This document shows positions 1-12,549 of a DNA stretch of 64,000 nucleotides, piece by piece. Within the stretch, counting starts at the first letter, position 1, and every line of letters starts with the position of its first letter. A program made the position numbers and the translations under genes. Source of the stretch: Neodothiora populina (lineage: Eukaryota). Under the pieces are notes generated by a model. It made no database searches. It was not told where the DNA came from and saw nothing but the letters and a program-made list of their open reading frames with translations. Where the stretch lies: the NCBI RefSeq assembly GCF_041146345.1, contig NW_027191402.1, positions 186,001 to 250,000 on the forward strand, in the 5' to 3' direction.

Positions 1-332
1 GGCAGAATCGAGTCCAGTGAACCATTGCAATCCAATGCGCTGCTCCTGCCTACTAAAAGGGTGCGTGAAGTCATTAGCGACCCAACACTCAAAGTCCGCA
101 GTACGTGTAGAATTGCTACCGCCCAATACCGTACCAGTCCCTGCATCGCCCTGTGGCCTGCCCCTAGTTTGAGACCAATAGACGTTCACTGTCTTTAGCT
201 TTCAAGTGGGCGATTGGCCGACCAGACCTCCTTCACCATGAACGCCTCCCAGATATGTTGCCTTTCCCCCGTATATGCTTGCTGTCCTAGGATATCCTGT
301 TGTTGAAGTTTGTCCTACTCCAACCTCCACAA

Positions 333-3300
333 TTACTGTTGTGCCTGCATTTGACCCTTCAGAGCCTTCAATTCTGTCATTCCAGCTAGAATAACTCCCA
401 GAATATCGTCCATTGACTTGCAATCCTGGAGTATACCTGGCCTGAAAGGTTGTACCATGTTCCTCAAAGCCAAGGTCGTAACGCACGTCTGTAAAATTTG
501 TTAGCCTGATATATGGTCATTGAATACATAGGATGAAAACGTACCTCAATTCTACTGATCTGATGTTCAACAAAATTGACGACGAAGCGATCCGTAATCT
601 CTCCACCCCGCGACTTCATTCTCTCGAGTAATGCCGTTTCCGGCGGCTTAAGCTCTGTGATACCCGGGCATTGCAAACTGCTGCACAGCATTTCAAGTCT
701 CAGGCTGACTTTCCAGAGATCCCAAACGTGCTGTGTATCAATGGTGAGTTGACTGTCCGCGCTCTTCTGTGCGACTGTACCATCGGGGCCTTCAACGCCG
801 ACATCCTTCTCGGCCGCTTGCTGTTGCTGAACAATCAGACGAGATGACAGTGCGTGAGGATACATCAGATAAATATATTCGGGATTTTCGAGACCCTTCA
901 GGTTCCGCTGTCCAAGATCTTTGACTTCGAAACCTTGACTACTCAGGGAACGAAGCTCGCGACGGATCGCAGCACCCATCAGCTCGTCGCCCATGGCGTC
1001 TTCGGACCCCGTTGAGCCAACTCTGTCAGATTCGATGTGCGTTTCCAGGAGACGCTGAATTTCCGCAATGAAATCCGATGAGACAGTGATCTGACCTCCG
1101 TCGGCCACAGACGATATACGAGCTGCACGATTGACCATGGGGCCGAAGTAGTCCATGCGCTTGGTGACTGGATCTTGTTCGCACACAGGATGTCCCCAAT
1201 GGATGCCCATACGCACAGACAGACCGCGGAAGATCCTGTTGCCGTCGTTGTCCAGTACTTCTTGACCGTGAATACTTGACAAGATCTCTTGTGGCCAAGG
1301 TACATCCAGTAGCTGTATCTGCACGGTGAAACACCAAAGAAGTGCACTGGTGACAGTTGAGAATGCGACCATGAAGGCATCGCCTTCAGTCTTGACTTCA
1401 TAGCCACCAATGATACGCAGTTGTCGTCGCATGATCTCGTTGTGCATCTTGATAGCGCTGCGCATTGCAATGGGGTATGTCTCCCAAAGCATGGTACTAT
1501 TCTTGATGTCGGTGAAGACAAGACTTACCTCGCCCTGCGGAGGCTCAATCTCTTGATCCAGTCTTGCTAGTTTTGAGTCTCCGACATTCTCACGACCACG
1601 TTTAGCACGGCGGTTCGAGGTAAAATAATCGTCCGGTGTACCAGACGGACCCATGCTCATGCTATGGGTCCGGAAGCGAGCGCGCTCACGTTTGCGCATA
1701 TCGCTGACGCCCAGCATCATCACCATAATCTTGTTGTTGGCACCGAACGCAATGGCCAGATCACGCAGCTTCTGTGCTGCACGCATTAGATCCCCACGCT
1801 CTGAGCGTGCTACGTCAACTGCGAAGTCTGTTGACAGGTAGTCCCACATCTCCCTGGAGGCTATCATGACAATTTCATCCGACTCCTTCAGAGACACGTG
1901 ACTGGTGTGCGGAGCTGCTATCACACCCGGTAGATGCTGAACATAGCCAAAGGCACGAGAGACTTCGAGGACGTCGTTCAACTTTCCTTGTCGGGATACG
2001 AAACATCCAGCCTCGCGGATTCGGATTCGCTCCTCGGGCTCTGCTGGAGCATGCTTGCGTGTGATGGGTCTGTGTGATCCTTCGGAGTCGATGATCACTG
2101 CCTGTGCGTCACCCACATTTGATACGTAGAGCTCCATGTTCTGGAAGTAGAGTACAGTGGCTACCGCACCAGATGTCATGTCATCTTCGCCAAGCTCGAG
2201 ACCACTAACACTTGCTCGGTGGACGAGCGCGCTGCTAGGGTGGTCTCTTGCTTCGATAGCCTGAAGTGCTGCTGTCGCAAGCTCTTTGTTGAGAGCGAGG
2301 TACGCTCGTCTCAGAGCGTCGCACGGGTCTTCACCAGTCCGCAGTTTCTCCAACTCATCAGAAAAGTAGTGCTTGAACTTCTCATGAAGGAATTTTGCGA
2401 CCTTGCTCCCGCCAGTTGGTAGCGCTTGTCCATCGAACATGCCCATTAGGAGCTGATCCTCGTGCCCACGAAATGCTGGAATGACCATGTCGAGAATTGA
2501 AAGATGCTCGTGGCGGCCAAGCGTATCGGCCATTCCATAGGGTACCGAAGTACCTATTATAGATCCCGCGGTACGTACACGCCTATCGGATCCCTGATCT
2601 GGTACAGACGGTATTGTGAGAGTGACATCCATCAGACCAAGGATACGTAGATTTTGCAAAGAAGTGAAGTCAGTAAGATCTTTCGTCTCGCGACCGGAAA
2701 GCGCATTGGCACTAGGCTTGATCTCCAACCGCTTATTGCCAGACATGTTCAGATATCTGAGCTGGTGATTCCAGTTCCAGTTCCAATCGTATGGCCAATT
2801 TGAAACATTGTATTTAAGGGCATTGCTGCCTACATCAAGCGTCTGAAGCTTGCCAACTTTTCCGAGTTCGGCCGGTAAGACGTTAAATCGGTTGCCATTC
2901 AAATGCAGGACTCTCAACAATGAGCCTTCTTCGAGGTCCTCAGCAGGAAGCGATGACAGGTCGTTGCCAGACAAGTAGAGCTCAGTCAATTGAGGCCAGC
3001 GTCTTAGCGTCCGTGGCGGAATGTCGTACAAGTCATTGTATGAGATGTTGAGTACACGAAGCTCAGGCAGCATGATGATTTCGTCGAAAATATCGTCCGA
3101 AAGGCGATTGTCTGTGAGCACAAGGTGACGTAGGCTCTGCGCAAAAGTATTTGCGAGTCTGCCCGACATTGTAGAGTCCTTACGAGAGGAAGCCGTGACG
3201 GTGCCGAGGCTGGTCTCAGTTGTCGACCTGGCCAGCGTGGACATATTCCTTGTGCTCTGGGCGTATGCGGATGCGACAGAGGCTTTTCTACCACTGCTTG

Positions 3301-6300
3301 GTGACGAGTTTGTTGCTGCAGAACCCCCAGAAGCTTGACTGGGTCGGCGCAATTGGAAGGCTTCCAGTTTGCCAAGCTCTTCATAGTCAGGACTTGACCA
3401 GTTAGGTGCAAGACTGTTTGGAGTTGGAGTGCTGTCTGGAGGCAGAGGCGGTAGCGGCGCGCCAGGCTTGGGAAACTCGGTAAGCACATTGGACGCTACA
3501 TTCAGAGATTCTAGCTTCCGAGCAAACCATATCTCTGCAGGCAGTTTCCCAAGATTGTTCTCTCTCACGTCGAAGTATTTGAGTTCTTGCAATCGCCCTA
3601 TATCGGCCGGTAAGGCATTAAGTAAGTTCTTCGCCACGCTCAGATGCTCTAATTTACCGAGCCGACCAACAAGGTGGGACAACGCGACAAAATGATTCTT
3701 GTCGAGTACAAGCTTAGTGATGGAGGGCATCTTAGCAAACAAGTCGTCGGGAAGCTGTGATAACTTCGCGGATGCGAGATTGAGCACCGAAAGCGTAGGA
3801 ACGGGCATGTTCAGACCGAATCGGGTAACGGGGTTGTGATCCATCGTAAGCACTTTCATGCGATGGAAGGACATCTCGAATGCGGAGATGCTGTTGTGGC
3901 CTACCATGAGAGTCTCTAGCTTGGGGAGCTGGGCCATGATATCGATGTTTGTGATCGAATTAAATCGTACATCGATCTGTGTCAAATTGACAAGGTTGCT
4001 GAATGATGACGGGAAGGCGCCTGACAGCTTGTTGTTGGTAGCATACAATCTTTCCAGGTTGGTGAGTTTGCCGATCTTCGGCAGGGCCGATATAGAATTG
4101 AAGCTGATGTCAAGATCAACAAGAGTCTTCAGCTCGCAAAGGAAGTCGGGGAACTCGTCGAGGAAGTTCGAGGCAAGGTTAAGGCTGCGCAATGCTTGGT
4201 AGCAACCGAAATACGCAGGCAGACTCGTCAATTTGTTGTTCGAGAGCTTCAGACTAATCAAGTTATGCAACTTATGCAGGTCTGCATGCTGCATTTGCTC
4301 TAGTCTATTGTTCGAAACGTCGAGCATTGTGAGCTTCGATGCAAGTGAAATGCCCGGGGGTAAGCGCCAGGCCTCATTGCTTGTATATTTGATCTCCCTG
4401 AGGTTTGTACAACTCTGGATGAAGTCTTTCGGTATGTCTAGTGAGAGGTTCTTGGATAAATTCAACGATATGAGCTCTGTAGCTTTCTGATATAAGGTGA
4501 TCGGAATTGTTATCAGATCCCGCCCGGACAAGTCGATGTGGTTGAACTTCTGCATCTTGTTGAAACCTGGGTCTCGGTCCAGGCTGGAATATCCGCTCAA
4601 CTTTCCAGGCAGAAAGGTGAAACGGCAGAGATAACCATGATCCTCACGACCAAGCTCTTCTGGTCGATCTTTTTCTTGATATCCGGCCATTTCTAGCTGT
4701 GCCTTCTGAATAGCGAGTGGTCGCTCGCCTGCTTCTAGTTGGCGACTTGATCCCGTTTTCCTCATGACGATTTGGTAAGTGTCAAGTGCGTCTTGCAAGA
4801 ACGTCTTTTTCGCCATCATTTGTATAAGCTCGGCGGCAGTGGTGTTAAGTCCCGCTGATATGACGGCGAAGGTGCTGTCTGCTCTGAATATACGCATATA
4901 GAACATCGGGCCAGGATCCGCATCGCCTGGCACTTTGCCCGCTTCATCCACTTCTCCCAGGCGGCCAATGTTGGCATCAGCAACCTTCTTGACGGCCCAA
5001 CTGTCAGGCGCATCCCAGGCGCCGCCAGTCTCTTCTTCTGGAGGTTTCTGATCGAAGCCCGGGAAGCCCGAATAGATTTCCGAGTTAACAGGCGGTGTCA
5101 TCGGTTGCCCTTTATCCACGATGCCCTCCATGCGTGACATGTCAGTGTCCAGATGCCATAGCGCGGAGGCGTTCCTCGTAACGGGCTGTCGTGCATTCGG
5201 ATCCCTCGCTAGTCGAGGATCTAACTCCACCACGGGCTTCTTTGAGCCCTTGAAGGGCAGTCGTGTGTGCTCCTTTCTCGATGTTGGCTGCGAGAGGCCT
5301 AGAGTCATGGGCTTACCGTCAGGTCCCAACGGGCCTTTTCTTTGTTTTGGAGGAGGCGCATCCTTCGTACTGCTGCCAGGACGGAGGGGTTGAACCAGCG
5401 ACGCTGTCGAAGCCGGCAGGCTTTTCAGTGAACCACCGTCGGCTTTGTCCAGCTTGTGCCGACCAGTGACACGATCAAACAGAGAGCGCTTGCCATTTCT
5501 ATCGGCGTTGCTTGGCGACCTATGAGCTATGTCTGGCTTCGGCGCACTGGCGATGCTGCTCAAGCTTCTCATGCTCGGCGAGGGACTCGCAGCGCGCGGC
5601 CTCAACGTCGAGACGGATGCCATGGATGACTGGCCGTCGCTTGAGAAGGAGAATTCACCAGGTCTGGCGTATGAACCTTCACGACTGGTTGCCGGGCGTG
5701 GTGCGATTTTATTGTCGTCGTTGCTTCGATGGTGTCGATGGCCGGGCAGGTGTAATCGATGTGGTGGAACAATGGAAGCTCGCTTTGACGCTGCCGATGG
5801 CACGGGCAAGCCTTGCGGCTCACGCGTGTTTTGGGGAGGATCATTATTGGGAGGATCCTGAAAGACCCACGGAGTCACCTCGCTGCTAGGGCCTGGTGTC
5901 CTGGGCAATGAAGGATTTGGACTCTCTGCCTTTGTCGTTCCTGAACCTTGTCTATCTCTTTCGTCAGCGCCGAGGACGCCAGCAGTTTGAATGCTTCCAT
6001 CCGAATTATTCCTAGCCTCGTTGGGGTCAAAGTCTTCTCCAAAGAATCCCGCCAGCTTTTTGTGAAATCGCCCTGTGAAACTGCGTTTGGAGCCAGTGGA
6101 AGACAAGGTCGAATTGCTTGCTACAGATGGACGCCTGTCTTCGTCCCACGGCGCGCTATGTCCGTCGGGTGGGACAAAGCCGGGCGAGAGCTGCGGCAGG
6201 TCGTCGCTGGAGGAGTTGTAGAAGCTGCCGAACACGCTTGACGCCATGTGTGATGTTGGATTGCTGCGACCATGCGCTATTTGGGGATCAGTCGACCAAG

Positions 6301-7015
6301 GAGAGACGACAGCGCTGGCGGTAGGTGGTTGTCGTAGAATGGCAGGTACGCCGCCGCCCGGAACGTTGCACGATGGCGACTCGAGAACAGAGAGGTCCTT
6401 CCTGTAGTCACTGAAGTCGGACGAGTCCCAAGGAGCGATATCTGAAAGGTTCGGACGTGGGAGTGTAGGGTTGACAATTGTACTCGGAGATACATCGACA
6501 TCGTTACCAGGCCTGGGAGGTTGTTCAATTAGCATGTGTTGAGCGAGAGAAGCTCGAGGTGGATTGATGAAGAGAGAAGAGAACAATTGTCGCGGATTAG
6601 GGGATCGCGACAAGCAAGATGCGACTTGGACAATTAGTAATACTATCTCTTTATCGAAGAAGTGTGCATCGCCTCACGTGGCGAGAGGTGACTTCCAATT
6701 TCGGATGTATTGTTGATGCGCTTGCCCTTCGGGTCTGCTTCTCAAGTCTGACCTCGACTCGGCGCCACTCTGCCTTGAATAGGACCCCTGCCGACCCGTA
6801 GCTCGAAACACAAGTGGGCGGGGAAGTGGACGCAGTGAGTAAAGGATGAGTTGAACATACCGCGTTTGCCTGTCGAGTTTTGACCTCTTTGGCGTGATTT
6901 CGCCGGGGTTGGCTGTCAATCCGTTCTTGACGGTGTCTTGCGATCGCCAGGACTCGGCACCAGAGCTCTCGGTTGAGCCGTGACGTTGGACATTACTTTG
7001 TCCTTTTCGAGTCAT
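333..7015 (-). CDS. cyr1: Adenylate cyclase (Ras-association, LRR, PP2C-like and class III cyclase domains)
   Basis: ORF 464..6613 shows an RA-like region (MRIFRADSTF), many LRRs, a PP2C-like domain (GMFDGQ, SNVGDAQ, SRAFG) and cyclase motifs (VFTDIKNST, VKTEGDAFM, MDYFGPMVNRAAR). Exon 1 starts at ATG 7015 (MTRKGQ) with donor GTATGT at 6860 and acceptor GCTAAT..CCCAG near 6513 (phase 2). The last intron (donor GTACGT 544, GCTAAC..TACAG near 490) leads to TCVTTLALRNM...QAQQ*, ending 333. Confidence 0.96.
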
Positions 7016-8206
7016 AGCTGTGCGTGGATACACTTAGTCGTCCCTGAGGCGGCCACTGTGTCATTTGCTGCTCATGCGCTTAGGGAGGCCCTCTAGCAGA
7101 GACACACACGCACACAGAGAGAGGGAGAGAGGGAGAAGGGAGAAAGGAAAGTAGCACCGGTCCAGTGCTGGCGCTGCTGCTACAGCGTCTCCAGCAGACG
7201 CTGTTTCGGATACGGGTCTACGTTGATTGGGGCGTAGTGGTTGACGGCGTATATGCGACGACTGCGGCTGCGGCGCGTTTATCATATCATCTCATCTTAG
7301 TGCGCGATACTGCAAAACATTATGTTGTTGACCGTCGACTTGTTCTTCGACTCCAGCTGCGCGCTGCCGTGCCGGCGGGAGATGGTTGGAGTGCAGCGGT
7401 AGACAGCGATCTGCGATTGATGACCGTCCAATGAACAGAGGTATCACCCTCTAAAGCCAGGGTCGGAAGGCAATGTTTGTGGATTGATCGAATCGGTCTC
7501 GATCTCCGCAGTGCAGGGCTACATGCTAATCATGTACTCTACTATTACCGCTACTCGTAGACGTAATAGGGCTACTGTGCCGCTTAGCATTCTACTTGGT
7601 GCCAATCGCGCCTATAACGGTTGCTCATTTAGTCCTCGATCCACATGCTAGGCGCCGTTCAGAGTATTCGCGACATCCTTTACGGTTTGGTTCATCAGAG
7701 GATCCTCCGATAATCCGACACACGCACTTCACCCGCATTCCTGTCATCCCGCACTTCTTCATCACAGCTCGGAGAGCAGAGCTCGTCAGAGACCTGTCAC
7801 ATCCTTACGATAGAGATACCTCAAGATACAAGCTTGTAGTCGTCATATATGTCCACTGATTCGCAAAGGCAAGGTACAGTAACTTCGACGCCTCATACCT
7901 CACCGACACCGGCCATATCCGAAATCTGGGGATCTCTGCTGTCAAAACGTAAATGTGCGTAGAGATTGCGCCTGAGATCTTCAAAGATGTGGAAATGTAC
8001 CATGATTCATTATACTGCGACTAAGGTATGAAAGTAGAATAAAAACGCCAGAACTTAACCAATGCCAATGGGTATATGCCATTTTGCCCCTCCTAAGATC
8101 CACCTACGCGCAAACTTGAAGAATAAAACGATTATATGCTATATCAATACAGTGCGTTGTTGAGATGAGCGGCAGCTTTCACAAAATCCAGCCGTGTGAG
8201 ATGCCC

Positions 8207-9440
8207 TCACCCAGTGAAGTTCAGGTTCCCGGCGGATTGTGAAATTGACATTGTCGGCTTGTGGCTGCCCGCGTTACCATCAACGCCAGACCAACCAGGG
8301 AAAAGTACCCTTAGACGACTGTACTTCTCGGCCAATTGAGGCATGGCTGCTGGTGCACGAACGTAATTCGGAGGATGCGGCGCTTGCTTTGATCCAGGCC
8401 TGAGAGCATGATCTGTGGCGCCGCACAGATAACCCAAGTTGGCTTGCACCCTTACACTGACCCTTTTTGGAAGCGTTAGTGATCATTGAGAAATATTAAA
8501 GAGCTGTCATAAGACGTACTGTGCAAACTCCGGGGTTCCCATCTGCGGGTTCAGTCCTTGCCTGGCCATCAGCTCTGAAATCTCCTGCGTCGGCGCTCCA
8601 CCCTTCCCTTGGGCTTGTAGATTGTGCATCTCTTGTAGGAGCTCATTATTGATTTCTAAGAGAAGCTCCATACGCTCCCTTTCCCTGGCCACCGAGGCGG
8701 GTGATTTAGGGGACCGAGGCTGGGACTGAGACCTTACAGGAGCATGCGGACTGACTTGGGAATGAATCTGCGGTGGACCCATGCCCGAATGCTGCAATAC
8801 CGATTGACTTTGTGATGGGAGCTGTGTGAACCCAGCCATCTGTGGTGAGCTTCCATGGAACGGAGATGCAGAATTACTGGCATCAAGGGACACACTGGGC
8901 GCTCTCACAGCACTTCCAGCTATGGAAGGCGAATAAGGTGCAGAAGTGAAGGATTGCTGTCCTAGATAGCGGTATGCGATCAGCACCTCGTATCGCTCTT
9001 AATCAAACCTCTGAACCCCGCCGCTCACGGTTTCGGCTCCACGTCAGAGAATCAAGGGGTCATGATGCGGAGCAGGGTATGGTGAGGCTACAAAAAACAG
9101 GACACTCACCACCAAGCTGTTGTTGCTGCTGCTGTTGTAGCATTTGTGACACATTATTCGTGACTGTCCCATTCACATTCATGTTTGGTCCACCGGATGG
9201 GAAGCCAAACCCACCTCCCACTCCGTTGCCTACATTACCACCACCAACCCCAGCATTGCTTTGCTGAAGTGCAGGTGGTTTTGACGAGCCAGGATACGAT
9301 GCCTGAGGGAAGGCTTGAGGACCCGCAGAATTGCGAGGGAAGAACGATTGACCACCGCTGTGGATCTGGGCCTGCGAGGAAAAGGCCAGAGCTGGGTCAA
9401 ACGAGTTGGGCTGGGGGGCTTGGTAGTTTATTTGGTTCAT
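8207..9440 (-). CDS. Gln/Pro/Gly-rich protein with probable C-terminal SS18/SSXT-like domain (putative SWI/SNF-associated subunit)
   Basis: Three exons in phase: 9440-9110, 8961-8520, 8462-8207 (donors GTGAGT and GTACGT; branch sites GCTGAT and ACTAAC). Conserved-looking block LLLEINNELLQEMHNLQAQGKG...EFAQVSVRVQANLGYLCGATD. Confidence 0.75.
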
Positions 9441-9843
9441 GCCTGCGCCCTGATAGGGTAATAGGGTAATAGTGCAAGTAGCGACTATACTGTAATCTAA
9501 TCTCCAAAAGGCGGGCCGAGGGCGAAGGATATCCAGCCAAATCACGCCTGTAAGCCTCTGAGCGGTCACGCAAGGAGTCTTTGCAGCTTTGCTCTTCGAC
9601 GCGATATCGGCTACCCGCACTTCCGTTGCCAAGATGAGTCAATTCAGTGCCTCTTTCCGCTTTTGGCCCCATATCATTCGTCATCTGTGTTGCTCGACCA
9701 CCTAAGTTGACGCACATGCGATGCCATTTCTCTTAATCAATCTCTGCCAACGTTGCCCGTCATCTGCGACGACATCCTTGCCGCTCTAATCCAACGACTG
9801 CTACACCCGACTGAGCACGCAGTGTCGCCGTACTGATCAGGTC

Positions 9844-12549
9844 ATGTCAGGTAAGCTCGACTCTTTCACGACTCCTCCGTGCCTGGTATTGTAGGGTACT
9901 TGCGCTGTCTTAGTACTGTACATCCGGGAAGATCGACATGTCCGTATGGACCACAGGCGCGCTGTTTCGGATGCAGTCCGATTCGTTGTACTAGTGCATC
10001 ACATGTCGAAACGACCAGAGTGACACTAGAGAAGATGCACCCTCTCGTGGAATCCTGTCAATATATGAGCTCGACGAGAATGATTCTCTACTAATCGACA
10101 TCGTTCTCAGCTCGGGGTAGAGGACGTGGTGCCTACTACAAGGCCCGCTACGGCAATGGACGAACTAAAGGCCGCGTTGATCATGGAGCCTCTAGAAATA
10201 CTTTTTCGGATGATGTGTCCCAAGAGGGGTCCGCAGTCTCCGCCAACAGAACATGGTCCGACTTGAGGCACGACCTGACATCCATTGATGGTCAAGGATA
10301 CGGTTGGTTCTTGATGAGGAATGATTGGAATGAGACACATTGTCGCTCACTTCTCCAGGTGCTTATAATCGCCTGCGTGGCACGTACCAGCATTACTCGC
10401 CGGACTTTAAGTTGTCTGTAGATCGTGTGCAAAGTGACGCTTATGCCTCTCCTTCGCGAGTGAGCGTGCGTATGAGCTGGGTAGGTCTTGTAGAGAACCA
10501 TTGAGGTCCGCAGTCTTCCATTTCCATTTTCTCTATGATTCATTGCCTCATGCATGTGACTGCGCGTTCGGCTGAGGTCGCTTGATACAGCATACATGCC
10601 AATAAAAACGAAAACCTCGACCAGCTTTGCTTCTAAGTGGTAAACGTCCACTCAAAAGCCTTCACAATGCACCAATCTACGAGCATACAGTCATCATGCT
10701 GATCAGGACCATTGCAGGAGGAAACTGGGCTGCCATCGCACTACGCTTCGTCTGAAATACGTATGATCGCTTTAGCAGACTGGTTATCCAGGAAAGCAGC
10801 AGATTACATTAGCGACAGGTATAAGAAAGATGCTTCCACAGGACAAAGGGGAGGTTGGTCAGGTCTCAAAGGAGAGGTCTTCGGCATCAACAGACCCAAA
10901 CAAGAGATACTCCCGCGCACCAGCGTAATGGTTGTTGACAACCCCGGAGGTTAGTCTTAAACCGCAGCGAGGAGCCCTTGATCGAACAGTGAACAAAGCC
11001 GTTACCGTCTGCCCCACTAACCAGTCTTGCTGATGCTTAAGACAGACGGGAAAAACCTTGAACTACGCTTGTCTGTATCCCTACCTGCTCGAGGTCGTAC
11101 AATCCTAGGAGGAGAGGCGCTTTCAATATTGGTAAAGAATCTTCCCGAGCTGGTCAAGACAGTCATGCTGCATGCAAATCACGACAAGCAGTTACTGAAA
11201 ACTCACATTGAATCGACCGAGGACCAGAATCTCATGCGCAGCCAGCTTGCTGATCTCGGCTTGGTCGCCTTCATTGCAAATGGATCGGTACTACCAAGGG
11301 CTAGCGGCGCGTCTGAGCGACCACTTGCTGATGCACATATGGCTCCATTTCACTCCCCAGCAAGCTTCGAGGTCACGCTGAAGAGACTGCACGGAAAGGA
11401 TATCCTTGGGATGGGAATCAAACAAGGCATCACCTTACTTACTGGCTGTGGGTATCACGGAAAGTCTACGCTCCTCGAAGCCATCCAGCTTGGAGTCTAC
11501 GATCATGTTCCTGGAGATGGAAGAGAGCTCGTAGTGACGGATCCCACCGCTGTCAAGATTAGAGCAGAAGATGGCCGATCTGTCACCAGTGTCGACATCA
11601 CACCTTTCATTCGAAGTCTGCCAGGTAAAGTTACCAATGCCTTTACCAGCGAGGACGCCTCGGGCTCGACGTCGATGGCTGCGAGCATCCAGGAAGCTCT
11701 GGAGGCTGACTCTAAAACCATCATCATCGATGAGGATTCATCAGCAAGAAACTTACTCGTTCGTGATGAGCGAATGCAGAAGCTCGTACTTGACGAGCCT
11801 ATCACCCCCTTTTTCTCCAAGGCACGGGCTCTGTACACGGAACACGGGGTCAGCACCATTATAGTGGTTGGCGGTCTGGGCGATTGGCTCTCTGTGGCAG
11901 ACAAAGTCATTGGAATGGAATCCTTCACCCCTCGAGATCTGACGGAACAGGCGAAAACAATTGTGGACGAGATACCAAGGAGAATCATCGTCGATACCGC
12001 ATACGGCTCACTGCCACACAGACGCATTCACGTGCCGCAGACAATTATGCAACGCAAAGGCCCATGGGCGAAGACCAAGAACTTCATCACGATACCAAAA
12101 GTTGAGGCTTACGAAAACGACTCCGATGGTGAAGGTGGGATTGACCTCTCCCATGTGGAGCAGCTCATCGAGACTGGCCAGAGCAAGTTAATCGCGCATC
12201 TCATCACATCATTCGCGAAGCCGAAGCAGAACGAGTACGTTGACCTCCTTGTTCACGGCTTGCGGTCGAGTTGGTGGCGCAAAAGGGAGAATTGCCGATA
12301 TCCTCCATGAACATAATTACAAACGAGTGCAGCTGACTTATCAATAGAAACTCTTTTGCAGCCGCTATTGCCGAGTTCGAGAGGAACACCAGCGTTGATA
12401 CGCGCCTATCGCAGAGTCTTGTGGGTGGAGATTTCGTGGCGGTTCGCAAGTTCGAACTAAGTGCTGCCATTTCGCGCCTGCAGGGGTTGATCACAGAGAC
12501 GGATAACACGGCGCAGCATGTACACAAGAAACAGCGCACCGAACACTAG
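9844..12549 (+). CDS. Predicted ATPase of the ABC class (COG3044 / MRB1590-like)
   Basis: Six exons with matching phases: 9844-9850, 10111-10302, 10359-10480, 10718-10949, 11046-12234, 12348-12549. Family motifs: IDGQGYGAY, DRVQSDAYASPSR, SLPARGRTI, Walker A GCGYHGKST, KIRAEDGR, ASGSTS, Walker B IIIDED, RKFELSAAISRL. Confidence 0.88.

Noticed and set aside
202..486. 94-aa ORF downstream of cyr1
   Set aside because: Alternative frame overlapping the true last exon and the 3' UTR of adenylate cyclase.
6513..6677. Possible stwintron or extra acceptor (TACTAAT..CAAG at 6625) in cyr1
   Set aside because: Excising the inner intron does not rebuild a GT donor, and the acceptor is out of phase.
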